The translations under genes were made by a program, and so were the position numbers. From a virus (lineage: Duplodnaviria; Heunggongvirae; Uroviricota; Caudoviricetes), in IMG/VR virus record IMGVR_UViG_3300021400_001778, positions 8,923 to 72,922 of that record: 64,000 nt of DNA. One strand, given 5' to 3'. This document shows, piece after piece, positions 53,545 through 62,490 of this stretch. The notes below the pieces were generated by a model. That model was given only the letters and a program-made list of their open reading frames with translations, had not been told where the DNA came from and did no database searches. Numbering within the stretch: position 1 is the first letter of the stretch; every line of letters begins with the position of its first letter.

Positions 53545-54230
53545 TGGCGACCCCTTGTACTTCGGTGGTACTTTAATGCTCATTAACACACCAGTTTTAT
53601 GTACGTTCGATTTGGTTACGGCTACTCTCGACAAAGTAACTATTGCGCACTGGTCACTTCCGTACAAAATACACTTACAAGCTACCGAAAGCCCGCCCCT
53701 TTGCCTTTACTCTTATTACGCTACGTGAGGGTTTTAAGTGCCACTTGTCGCCAAGCACAACCTGTCGTTTTACGCGCATATGCGGTATATTTCACTTGTA
53801 AGATGGCAGAAAAGAGATATTTATCAGCTAATATCACTTTATACGCTACCTATTTTCTCCTTATAACCACCCCCAACACACCATTCGCTGATAAATACGT
53901 GATTATAAGGTAAAAAATTCTTACGCATCTGCCTATTGTTCTGATAAGGATTTGCACCTTACATGCAAGAGTTTTTAAACCACGCGTGCTAACTATTGTA
54001 TGCATCCAATCCCTTGCACAGCACGCTTTACGTCTACCTATTCCGCCACAGAACATGTTATTTTGTCTCCACAAAGGTTACAAACCTAAGAATCGAAATC
54101 ACGCTTTCGCTTCTCATTTTGAACGGGTTCGCGCGACCCGCCCGCGCCGATTTTAAGTTATATTATATCGGGAACTTAGGCAGTCTAAAGGAAACTTACC
54201 ATCCCTCTGCTGTTTGAGTATACAGCATAA
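53545..54230 (-). ncRNA. About 690-nt ORF-free, GC-enriched region flanked by tRNAs and downstream of a strong promoter: candidate large structured ncRNA (ROOL/GOLLD-like); strand assumed from co-orientation with the tRNAs
   Basis: No ORF of 60 aa or more apart from two short overlapping ones on both strands; GC-rich helices such as cgggttcgcgcgacccgcccgcgccg; ROOL and GOLLD RNAs are typically found next to tRNAs in phages. Confidence 0.45.
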
Positions 54231-54314
54231 TGCGGATAATGGGATTCGAACCCACATGGTTAAATAACCGAGGGATTTTAAGTCCCTTGCGTCTGCCAAT
54301 TTCGCCATATCCGC
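54231..54314 (-). tRNA. tRNA-Leu (anticodon UAA), long variable arm
   Basis: Reverse complement GCGGATATGGCGAAATTGGCAGACGCAAGGGACTTAAAATCCCTCGGTTATTTAACCATGTGGGTTCGAATCCCATTATCCGCA resembles bacterial tRNA-Leu(UAA). Confidence 0.7.
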
Positions 54315-54483
54315 TTATTTGGCGGCGGTTACAGTGTGAAAACCGTACATTGAAAAAGAAAGGAAGGATAATAGCCAAAGAACTAACTATAACCACCGCC
54401 ATTAAAGGAAGAAAAAATATGAAAAACTGTGCCGAATGCACATGTATTTGTTTTTTTCGTGTTATCTCCTAACCACTGTAGCC

Positions 54484-54512
54484 ATTATACTACTTATGTT
54501 CCCCTTTGTCAA
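54484..54512 (-). promoter_or_regulatory. Sigma-70-type promoter TTGACA-17-TATAAT on the minus strand driving tRNA-Leu, the large RNA and the tRNA cluster
   Basis: Reverse complement TTGACAaaggggaacataagtagTATAAT, near-identical to the promoter at 33526-33554. Confidence 0.5.
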
Positions 54513-54534
54513 CAACAATTTTCAATAATTTTCA

Positions 54535-55050
54535 TTAATTCTCGTCTGTTGAACCGATTCCGCCTTTTCTTTCACCGGACGCCGAATCATCGCTTGTTAT
54601 AAGATACTTCATAAAAATACCTTGAGCATATCCTTTACCACGTTGAAGTGTTAAATCTTTATTTCCATTATTAACTATCTTAATAAAGATATGACCTTCA
54701 TTTAATTCATTATTATAATAATCTTCATCAATAATACCAACAGTATTATATAATCCAAGTTTATATTTAAAACCAAGTCCACTTCGCGGCAAAATAGATA
54801 AAAACACATCGTCACTCATTTGCGCTTTAATGCCAGTAGGAACAACTATACTATCTCCGCTCTTTAATACTGTATCTTTAAACTGCCAAAAGAAATCATA
54901 ACCCGCAGAATGCGCAGTTCCACGCCTCGGAATGATTATATTTTCGTAACTTTTCTCTGCTTCAAATCTTTTAAAAGAACTATTTAATCCGAATAAATTA
55001 TCGCAAGATTCTATATAATTATCATAAGATACCTTTTCAAACTTAATCAA
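54535..55050 (-). CDS. dut: dUTPase (trimeric dUTP pyrophosphatase)
   Basis: Motifs ...PRSGLG..., GIIDEDYYN, ...RKGGIGSTD. Confidence 0.7.
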   Translation of the reverse strand: MIKFEKVSYDNYIESCDNLFGLNSSFKRFEAEKSYENIIIPRRGTAHSAGYDFFWQFKDTVLKSGDSIVVPTGIKAQMSDDVFLSILPRSGLGFKYKLGLYNTVGIIDEDYYNNELNEGHIFIKIVNNGNKDLTLQRGKGYAQGIFMKYLITSDDSASGERKGGIGSTDEN

Positions 55051-55064
55051 AATTCTTTTACTCC

Positions 55065-55877
55065 TTAATCTGTTTGTATTTTCATAACCAATTCTCTGTT
55101 AAACCACGGCATCATATCTTCTAATTGGCTCTGTATTTCTTCTACGCATTCTTTAAGTTCTGGATGTGCCGTTCCGTTCATATTTCGCTCTCTATAAACG
55201 TGTGCCCATTCTGTAAGGTTGATTTTAAAAATAAACGCACTCGGTATGCTTTCCATATACAATCCGCGCTTTACATCGCGCTTGTCTTTTAAATCTTCTC
55301 TGATGTAGCCATTAACCGCTTTGAGAAATGTTTCGCTATCAACTGTAATCATTTCTGGAAGTTCTATGTTAAGTTGTTCACATGCAACATCTGTCGGAAT
55401 AATTTTATCTTTGTAATAATCTGACATTTCGCCAGACGAAAAATCTCCTAATCTTGTACTCGCGCGAATGATTCTGTTATCCATTCTTTTTGCATGACTG
55501 TCTAAGTCATCCTGACCGCCGCGATGTAACCCATCAACTGTAACAGATAAATCAATAAAGCGTAGCATTGTTGCATGTCTTGTGCCCCACTTGCATAACT
55601 TATTCATATAGTCTACGAATTTATCATTATTATTACCGTACATATCATAACTACCATCTAAATGTGTAGAATCAAAAACGACATTTCTTATCGTCTCTTC
55701 CTTTTCTCTTGTCCATGAACGCTTGGAAAAATACATCGTGGTTATAGCATCGTCAATACCTGTAATTTTATTTAAATATACCTTCACTCTTTCAACCCAC
55801 TTTCTATAATATTTATCTGACAATTTCTCATTGTTGTAATCGCCGCATCGTGATTCTCTTTGGTAGTACCCGCGCAT
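55065..55877 (-). CDS. thyX: Flavin-dependent thymidylate synthase (ThyX)-like
   Basis: C-terminal EWAHVYRERNMNGTAHPELKECVEEIQ resembles the ThyX signature W.HF..LR...HAQ.EIR; 270 aa. Confidence 0.5.
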   Translation of the reverse strand: MRGYYQRESRCGDYNNEKLSDKYYRKWVERVKVYLNKITGIDDAITTMYFSKRSWTREKEETIRNVVFDSTHLDGSYDMYGNNNDKFVDYMNKLCKWGTRHATMLRFIDLSVTVDGLHRGGQDDLDSHAKRMDNRIIRASTRLGDFSSGEMSDYYKDKIIPTDVACEQLNIELPEMITVDSETFLKAVNGYIREDLKDKRDVKRGLYMESIPSAFIFKINLTEWAHVYRERNMNGTAHPELKECVEEIQSQLEDMMPWFNRELVMKIQTD

Positions 55878-56314
55878 AAATCTTCTACTACGTAAATCTC
55901 ATTTTCTGGATAATGTGCTTTGAGTAGTAACGCATTTGAAACAACACAAATATCCGTACATACTCCGCAAAAATACACATCATTTTTCTCGTATCTAAGA
56001 TATGAAATCAGCGACAGACAAGCAAACTGATTCTTTAAGAATCGAATACCTTTTGATTCTAATATACCTTTCACTTCTCCCGTTAATTCGCTACCTACTG
56101 TGCCAACAATACAATGCTTGACTGGTAGTTTACGCCCTTCCTGCGTATTTAAATATTCATTGTCTAAATGGATATCGCATGTATAGAATATATCGCCGTT
56201 AAAATTTTTAATATATTCCGCAACCTTCGGCGCGATTCTTTTTGCTTCTGGTGTACCCAAAACGCCGCCAACAAAATCATTTTGCATATCAACAACAACT
56301 AATACTTTTTTCAT
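55784..56314 (-). CDS. Isochorismatase-family cysteine hydrolase (nicotinamidase/PncA-like); start taken at MKKVLVVVDMQNDF
   Basis: VLVVVDMQNDF; Cys in CGVCTDICV; ctcct ribosome-binding site upstream of 56314. Confidence 0.55.
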   Translation of the reverse strand: MKKVLVVVDMQNDFVGGVLGTPEAKRIAPKVAEYIKNFNGDIFYTCDIHLDNEYLNTQEGRKLPVKHCIVGTVGSELTGEVKGILESKGIRFLKNQFACLSLISYLRYEKNDVYFCGVCTDICVVSNALLLKAHYPENEIYVVEDLCAGTTKENHDAAITTMRNCQINIIESGLKE

Positions 56315-56894
56315 AGAACTCCTTATTAATACTCTCGATATTTTTATGTGGCAAACTTGCCATTTCTTCAACAATTCTATCTATTTCGTAATCGTGCATA
56401 AAGAATCTATACGTTATATCTGCCAAAAATAACTTTGTGTTATTATCATCGTATATAACTTCATACATTCTTTGATTTGTATTACGACTATTAAGCCCGC
56501 CGCAAGATTCTATATAATTCCCAATCTTAATATAGTCGAGGCAAGCCGTGTCGTAAAATACACTAAACACTTTTGTGCTTCTACTACCGCTATATATACA
56601 AACTTTGTAGCCGCGCTTCTTAACTCTTTTGCATAAATCATATAATTCGTTTAAATTTTGGTCGCCACCCATAAAACATACACAAGTTATGAGCGAATTA
56701 TATTTATCTATAAGTTTGTCTAAGTCGTCGGAAATATAATTACCAGTGTACTCCCAAAGATATTGGGAGTGGCAACCCTTACATCTGTAAGGGCAACCAC
56801 TAATATTAATAGCAAGCGATATCTCGTCAGGGACTTCTTCGCAAACTACAGCATAACTAACATATTTAAGTTTCTGTCGTTTCTGCATCACCAC
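56289..56894 (-). CDS. nrdG: Anaerobic ribonucleotide reductase activating protein (radical SAM)
   Basis: CPYRCKGC (Cx3Cx2C) near the N-terminus; adjacent to nrdD. Confidence 0.7.
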   Translation of the reverse strand: MVMQKRQKLKYVSYAVVCEEVPDEISLAINISGCPYRCKGCHSQYLWEYTGNYISDDLDKLIDKYNSLITCVCFMGGDQNLNELYDLCKRVKKRGYKVCIYSGSRSTKVFSVFYDTACLDYIKIGNYIESCGGLNSRNTNQRMYEVIYDDNNTKLFLADITYRFFMHDYEIDRIVEEMASLPHKNIESINKEFYEKSISCC

Positions 56895-57342
56895 TCCAAT
56901 AATAACGCTTATGTTCTTCTTCCTGTCTCTTTTCGGAGAACTTCGATACGCGCTTTAAATAACCGATAACTCTTGTTGCATAATCAATATTCTCAGAGCC
57001 GCAAACAGGACACTCAGAGTATCTATGCTTGCTAATATTACCGCAATCATTACAGATTGTATTCGGTACATTAAACGTAAAATATGAACAGCCAGTCTTA
57101 ATAGCTACGTTCATTAAATGACGATACTGCTCTTTGCTCAAGTGTTCTTGCAGATTCGCATGAAGCGCAGAACCGCCATCAAGCCACTTAGTTGTCTTAT
57201 CGCCATGAAGAATAAACTTATCCAATAGTGAACAGGTTTCATCTTCTGGTTTATAAAAATACGAATTATAGCAATCGCGAGGTGAGAAGTATCCGTCTTC
57301 CTTGTCCCACTTTGCATTTTTTACGCCGAGATTTTCAGCCAA
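56866..57342 (-). CDS. nrdD: Anaerobic ribonucleoside-triphosphate reductase NrdD, C-terminal exon (Zn ribbon plus glycyl-radical motif)
   Basis: CNDCG...CPVCGS...ATRVIGYL (RVxGY glycyl radical site); separated from the N-terminal ORF by a 218-nt ORF-free gap. Confidence 0.65.
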   Translation of the reverse strand: MAENLGVKNAKWDKEDGYFSPRDCYNSYFYKPEDETCSLLDKFILHGDKTTKWLDGGSALHANLQEHLSKEQYRHLMNVAIKTGCSYFTFNVPNTICNDCGNISKHRYSECPVCGSENIDYATRVIGYLKRVSKFSEKRQEEEHKRYYWSGDAETTET

Positions 57343-57560
57343 TCTGTTACTTTTATGACCAGTTATAACTGGCGGTCAAGGTTCTTCGACCTCAACTCAT
57401 GCATTTTATTTAAGGTTATCGTGCATGTTCAGACTATCACATCCCCATCATAAATGGAGTCCTCTTATTTAGTCGTTCACGGTGTATTTAAACTTCCGCC
57501 CTGTTGTCCACCTCTGGATTTCCAAGTCAATTAAAGAGGATTGCTATAGCGGATTATGTA
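57343..57560 (-). mobile_element. ORF-less group I intron splitting nrdD (exact boundaries uncertain)
   Basis: On the minus strand an R-like gtgaacgactaaa (reverse complement of ~57470-57482) and an S-like gatagtctgaac (reverse complement of 57427-57438) give P7 gacta/tagtc; nrdD introns are known in T4-like and Bacillus phages. Confidence 0.55.
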
Positions 57561-59738
57561 TTATGCCGCTAAATGCCCACGTAGTTTAGGCACGTACTCA
57601 GTATTAAACATATAATGCTCAGTTTTTGCCGCTTTATTCTCTTCGTAAATTGGTTTTAAGCAACGTGTACAGTATTCGAAATACTCTTCGTTTGGCGAGA
57701 TATCAATACCTAAGAATTCCGCGCCCTCGACAAGTCCGTTAATACCAACTGTCAAGAATTGCTTATCCATATTGATGAATCCCGCGTCATAAATCGGAAG
57801 CATCTTTGCTTTCAAGAAATCACGCAGATTATCATCATAAGCGATTTGATACTTGTGTACTAATCTCACCTGTTCTCTGATTTTGCTGTCTAAATAGTTA
57901 TAAAACTCTTCTTTATCTCTCCACTCCTTATACTTATATGCGTCTTGCACAAGTCGATTGAAGTTAATTGTGATAACACTCTTGCTACCTGTTGATACGC
58001 CGCCCGCTCCGAGAGTATACGAGAATGTATTGTCTTGTAGTTCGTTGCGCAAACGACAGTTGTAATTATGGATACCATTCGCGAGAGTAAACATATCATC
58101 AGTCTTATCATCCATTTCAAAACAGTACACTTCATCATCGTAATCATATTTTTCTATGGATTTGATTCTGAAATAATATTTACCATTATCACAGATATTA
58201 TCTTCTGATTCTTCTAATTCGTTCGAGTTATATCTACTCAAGCAGTAGAATTTTAAACCATCTTTTTCAAAAGTATATCTGCGCGTTATACACCCATCAA
58301 TAGTACATATAGCATCTAAACTATCCGTAAATCTTTCGCATAAGCTACTATACACATTCGTATCTGAGAATACACCGTCTAATAATCCTCGTCTGAATTC
58401 GTTATCTATAAACGCCCACCTTAAATTAACTTCTAATAAACGATGATTCCGTATTAACGCTCCGTAATTATGACCCATTCTGTATAAATCCAAATCATTA
58501 TCATCGAGGAATGTGTCATAAGGTGTCGAATTAACCATTAAATAATCATTGGTTGTAAGGTCTTTTGTTAATTTCATACCACCGAAAACATTATTTCTAT
58601 GGTTGTCGGTTGCTATCATCTCCTTGTTATTTGTTAAAGTAACCTTATACATCTGTCTATTCGGTAATTTAACAAGTTTACCTTTACACCAACGTCCATT
58701 ATTGAATATCTCGTATCCATTATCATCAAATTTCATTGACTCAATATCTTCAAATTTTACTCTATAAACACTTTTTGAGTCTTTAATTAAAACATAGGTA
58801 TCTTTTGAGTAACAACATGAAGCTAACGAATCAACTGAATTACTGCGGTACATAAAGAACGAATGTCCTTTAGCCCACATTTCAGCAACAAAATCGGCAA
58901 ATTCTTTATCTACATAATCAACTCCATCATCTAAAAGATTTACTGTTTCAACAGGGAAAGTGAGAATTGTTCTCAGACGTTCTCTATTGAACCAATTCAT
59001 AAACTTTTTCTGTAACCACAGCACTGATTCATACTGTGGTTCTGTGCCATCGGGGAATACAAAATCCTCGAAGATACTTTCAAAGTACGGTCTGTCAAAA
59101 TAAGCGATATTCCAAAATACGCTCTGGTAGTTTCTCGCCGCCGCAGGTTGATTTAAACTGTAAACAACTTCTTGAAAGCACTGACTAATTACACTGTCAA
59201 TATCTCTGCGTCTTTTTGACAAATCAACAACTTCATTGCTTCTTAAATAATAGTCATCTCCGTATTCTTTGCGGATAAAGTAATCCATATAAGTTAAAAA
59301 CTCAGGTGTACTTACCGCGCCCGCAAACTGCGATGCAACAGCAAAAACAAGATTCACAAATGACCCGCAAAATGACTGTAAATTCTTCGGCGGTTCTGAA
59401 ATACCGCCAATATTTTTCATCCCTTTAAATAAATACGGATACATTGTAATGCTAACGCAGTACGGATAAATACTTGTTTCATCATGTTTATAGATTTGAT
59501 GTTTATCTAACTGCTCAATGTATTTTTCTGCTACTGCTTCGCCAAATAATTCTTTCTGTTTGTCGTACATCATTGTACGGTTAATTCCAATCATTAATTT
59601 TTTTGGAATCTCACCAGTTAAGGTTGTAATATTTTTGTTTTCTACATTAGCGTTCGAATCTACCGCACTACCAGTTGCGGCGTTCGATGCTCTCGTATAC
59701 TTCTTAATGAATTTTATTTCGCTATCATATCTCTTCAA
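57561..59738 (-). CDS. nrdD: NrdD N-terminal exon (725-aa ORF) containing an approximately 250-aa intein
   Basis: ...RLRNELQDNTFSYTLGAGGVSTGSKSVITINFNRL... is typical of class III RNR; the segment between SLASC and CRLRNEL is an insertion. Confidence 0.7.
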   Translation of the reverse strand: MKRYDSEIKFIKKYTRASNAATGSAVDSNANVENKNITTLTGEIPKKLMIGINRTMMYDKQKELFGEAVAEKYIEQLDKHQIYKHDETSIYPYCVSITMYPYLFKGMKNIGGISEPPKNLQSFCGSFVNLVFAVASQFAGAVSTPEFLTYMDYFIRKEYGDDYYLRSNEVVDLSKRRRDIDSVISQCFQEVVYSLNQPAAARNYQSVFWNIAYFDRPYFESIFEDFVFPDGTEPQYESVLWLQKKFMNWFNRERLRTILTFPVETVNLLDDGVDYVDKEFADFVAEMWAKGHSFFMYRSNSVDSLASCCYSKDTYVLIKDSKSVYRVKFEDIESMKFDDNGYEIFNNGRWCKGKLVKLPNRQMYKVTLTNNKEMIATDNHRNNVFGGMKLTKDLTTNDYLMVNSTPYDTFLDDNDLDLYRMGHNYGALIRNHRLLEVNLRWAFIDNEFRRGLLDGVFSDTNVYSSLCERFTDSLDAICTIDGCITRRYTFEKDGLKFYCLSRYNSNELEESEDNICDNGKYYFRIKSIEKYDYDDEVYCFEMDDKTDDMFTLANGIHNYNCRLRNELQDNTFSYTLGAGGVSTGSKSVITINFNRLVQDAYKYKEWRDKEEFYNYLDSKIREQVRLVHKYQIAYDDNLRDFLKAKMLPIYDAGFINMDKQFLTVGINGLVEGAEFLGIDISPNEEYFEYCTRCLKPIYEENKAAKTEHYMFNTEYVPKLRGHLAA
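58059..58814 (-). mobile_element. Intein in NrdD (about residues 309-560), with a degenerate LAGLIDADG-like region
   Basis: Begins CYSKDTYVLIKD (block A-like), has TDNH (block B-like TxxH), ends ...VYCFEMDDKTDDMFTLANGIHNYN followed by Cys; RRGLLDGVFSD is LAGLIDADG-like. Confidence 0.5.
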
Positions 59739-59739
59739 A

Positions 59740-59952
59740 TCAATTTTTTACCCCCACATTATTCAGCCATTTAACCGCTTCGGGAAATGTCATTACTTTG
59801 TCGTCTACTTCTAACAACGGTACTGTTTGGAATCCAAGTTTCCGCGCTTCTTCAACATCAATAGTTGACTCGTAATCAAGTCCGAGACTATCCATTTTAC
59901 TTTTTAAAAACTCACATTTGGGACAGCCAACATTAGAATAAAGTTTAATCAA
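59740..59952 (-). CDS. nrdH: Glutaredoxin-like protein (NrdH-like)
   Basis: CPKC redox motif near the N-terminus; 70 aa; adjacent to nrdD. Confidence 0.55.
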   Translation of the reverse strand: MIKLYSNVGCPKCEFLKSKMDSLGLDYESTIDVEEARKLGFQTVPLLEVDDKVMTFPEAVKWLNNVGVKN

Positions 59953-60028
59953 TCAATTCACATCCTCTCCTTAAATTTTATTAAACAACTATTTGAAATT
60001 CGGCAATTAATATAACTGCCGAAAATCG

Positions 60029-60424
60029 TCAAAACTCAACTGTGTACTGCGCTAATCCGTACTTTTCAGCGTTTTCAATCATATTCTTAGTGCCGCGAGA
60101 CTTACCATCCCAAAATGCTACAAGAATACCCTCGTCATCTTCATCTTCATATTCTGCGGCGTATTTAGCCATCTCTTCATTTCTGATAACACCCGCCGCC
60201 TTGCCATACTTATCCCAATCTGCGGGAAAATACTTTATCGCATAATTATTTTCCTTTGCGAAACGTTCGCCAAGCATATCAGCACCACGGCACATTCCGC
60301 ATATAATTTCAATTTGCTCCTTCTCTTTATCAATCCCGAACAAATTAAATAATACATCCATGTTTGACTTCAAAAAATCATAATTGTCAAATTCTCTACT
60401 GCCCGCGATAATAATTTTTACCAT
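60029..60424 (-). CDS. SLOG-superfamily (YspA/DprA-LOG-like) protein
   Basis: KIIIAGSREF...ICGMCRGADMLGERFA pattern. Confidence 0.45.
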   Translation of the reverse strand: MVKIIIAGSREFDNYDFLKSNMDVLFNLFGIDKEKEQIEIICGMCRGADMLGERFAKENNYAIKYFPADWDKYGKAAGVIRNEEMAKYAAEYEDEDDEGILVAFWDGKSRGTKNMIENAEKYGLAQYTVEF

Positions 60425-60433
60425 AAATCACCT

Positions 60434-61192
60434 TTACACTATTCTTACTATTTTTTCATATAAAATATTAAATTTGCCAAATATTTGTTTCTCGCAATGA
60501 TAATGACCGCAATACCATTTGTTAAATTTTAAACCGTTGATTAGTAGTAAATCATTGAAATATTGTGTTAAGTAATCTCCGTCCATACATCCTATGCAAA
60601 CAGAAACGTCTTGTGGAAGACAATGTGTTATAACATAATCCACTTCGTAATTAACGTCTTCAAGCGATTGTATACCGCGCTTCATTTCTTCCTCTGATGG
60701 AAGTTCTTCTTCCCACCACGAAACGCCTTTAACACGGAACATTTTATTATGTTTTCGCCACGAATTATAAACTCTTTTAAATTCTTCTTTGGTTTCAAAT
60801 TCATTTGGGTCTAAAATTCCATCTTGAATATCATGCGAACTTGCGCCACCGAACGCGAAAAACTTTTTACCGACAAGATTGAAAACATATCCGCGCATCA
60901 GGTGATAAATATTATCAGCTATCTTGTGCGCTTTCCCGCCGCAAAAATCTACAACAGGGAATGTATATAACATGTTGAAACATTCGTGATTACCATCGAC
61001 AAATAATGTCGTAAACGGCTTATCATTTAGCCAATCAAGCCAGTATTTTTCTTCTTTTGAGTTAGACCAAATTCCACTAAAATCGCCTAATATAATAACA
61101 AAATCATTTCTTGTCATTTCTTTTTGCTCTGGAAATTTTGAAGTAGAAAATCTCCTAAAATCCCCGTGGCAATCTCCTGTAATGTATACCAT
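60434..61192 (-). CDS. Calcineurin-like metallophosphoesterase
   Basis: YITGDCHGDF, VIILGDFSG and VDGNHE motifs. Confidence 0.65.
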   Translation of the reverse strand: MVYITGDCHGDFRRFSTSKFPEQKEMTRNDFVIILGDFSGIWSNSKEEKYWLDWLNDKPFTTLFVDGNHECFNMLYTFPVVDFCGGKAHKIADNIYHLMRGYVFNLVGKKFFAFGGASSHDIQDGILDPNEFETKEEFKRVYNSWRKHNKMFRVKGVSWWEEELPSEEEMKRGIQSLEDVNYEVDYVITHCLPQDVSVCIGCMDGDYLTQYFNDLLLINGLKFNKWYCGHYHCEKQIFGKFNILYEKIVRIV

Positions 61193-61204
61193 ATAAAACC
61201 CTCG

Positions 61205-61801
61205 CTATATATATCGAAACCTATATCCGCCATGAGATTTCTTTTTCCCATTCAAAACAGCCCATATATTTTTGTAATTCAATGACATTTTTCTTGCACA
61301 TTCATGTATATTATTCCAAATCACTTCAGTTTCTACACAAATAAACTCTTTATTTCTTGTCGTGTTGAGCATCTGTTCTGCTATAGAAACAAACCTACAA
61401 TTTGATGGTTCATAATTCCCATTAACATCTATCCTGTCTAATGTACATTCTCCGTATTTTGCGCCATCGTCATATCCGTTTTTGTAAGCCCAATTTCTAA
61501 AAGACTCATAACTATTTTTCCAATCATCACAGACTTTAATGTTGCGTTCACCGTAATTTTTATATTTATTATTGTTTTTGTTATAACACCTTTCTTTCAT
61601 GCCTGCCCAAACAGAATATAGCCTTTCACCATAATGCCCATGATAGCTATAAACATCCCGATGACCCAAACATCCACAACTCTTTTTATGTCCACTTAAT
61701 AATGCCGATGTCGATACATCGCACTCGTTTCCGCATTCGCAAATACAATGCCACTGTACTGCTCCCCAACTATTTCTTCCGTTTTCATATAATACTTTCA
61801 A
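61205..61801 (-). CDS. Free-standing HNH homing endonuclease (HNH_3 type)
   Basis: ...LDRIDVNGNYEPSNCRFVSIAEQ... plus a Cys-rich N-terminal region. Confidence 0.6.
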   Translation of the reverse strand: MKVLYENGRNSWGAVQWHCICECGNECDVSTSALLSGHKKSCGCLGHRDVYSYHGHYGERLYSVWAGMKERCYNKNNNKYKNYGERNIKVCDDWKNSYESFRNWAYKNGYDDGAKYGECTLDRIDVNGNYEPSNCRFVSIAEQMLNTTRNKEFICVETEVIWNNIHECARKMSLNYKNIWAVLNGKKKSHGGYRFRYI

Positions 61802-61848
61802 CTTATTAAAAGTTTTACCTGTTAAATCTGCTTTTATTCTATTACTCG

Positions 61849-62469
61849 TTATTCATACCTCTTTAGTTTCTGTCCTTTAGTTCTTAAAATAAACTCACGA
61901 TATTCTTCATAGTCTTTAAACTTGATATACTTTCCATTAATTACATCGAAACATTTTTCGTTTCTGGCAAATTCATATGCATTTGCACTGATAACAAAAT
62001 AAATATCTTTGTTTTTCTCAGTTTCTATAACCAATGGAATTAGACTTTCTTTTATATCAATTACATTATCAATACTTAATCCACTATCAACACCGTCAAA
62101 CAAGAACCATAATTCTTTAGCATTTGGATTATCTTGCGACATGCGCCCCATTTTTCTGACTATATCTTCAAGGACATTTATAATATTTTCTCCTTCACTG
62201 TTTATGACTGTTCTTGATAGCGTGGAAAAGTCGCCAGTCCAAAGTGATTTCTCTCTTAATGCTCTCACACCGTTTGTTAAGTTGTTATGATACAGCACAG
62301 GTATATTATTCTTGTTTAAATTATTTTCTATTTGTTTTAACAATGTTGTTTTTCCTGCACCATTACACCCGACCAATACCGTTAGACCTTCTTCTAATAC
62401 GATATTTTTCTTTTTAAACATTTCAAAATTACCACCATACCAAGTATTTGATAATGTAAATTTTCTCAT
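61849..62469 (-). CDS. P-loop ATPase (small AAA/ABC-like)
   Basis: Walker A VLVGCNGAGKTTLLK; Walker B-like LWFLFDGVDSGL. Confidence 0.55.
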   Translation of the reverse strand: MRKFTLSNTWYGGNFEMFKKKNIVLEEGLTVLVGCNGAGKTTLLKQIENNLNKNNIPVLYHNNLTNGVRALREKSLWTGDFSTLSRTVINSEGENIINVLEDIVRKMGRMSQDNPNAKELWFLFDGVDSGLSIDNVIDIKESLIPLVIETEKNKDIYFVISANAYEFARNEKCFDVINGKYIKFKDYEEYREFILRTKGQKLKRYE

Positions 62470-62490
62470 TACTTATATTCCCTTTCGAAA

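Noticed and set aside
53599-54074. ORFs 53599-53913(+) and 53850-54074(-)
   Set aside because: Short, overlapping on opposite strands, with no ribosome-binding sites, inside the GC-rich block interpreted as structured RNA.
57343-57560. Plus-strand reading of gttcagactat as the R element of a plus-strand intron
   Set aside because: The host gene nrdD is on the minus strand; the minus-strand reading gives equally good R (gtgaacgactaaa) and S (gatagtctgaac) elements in the correct 5'-3' order.
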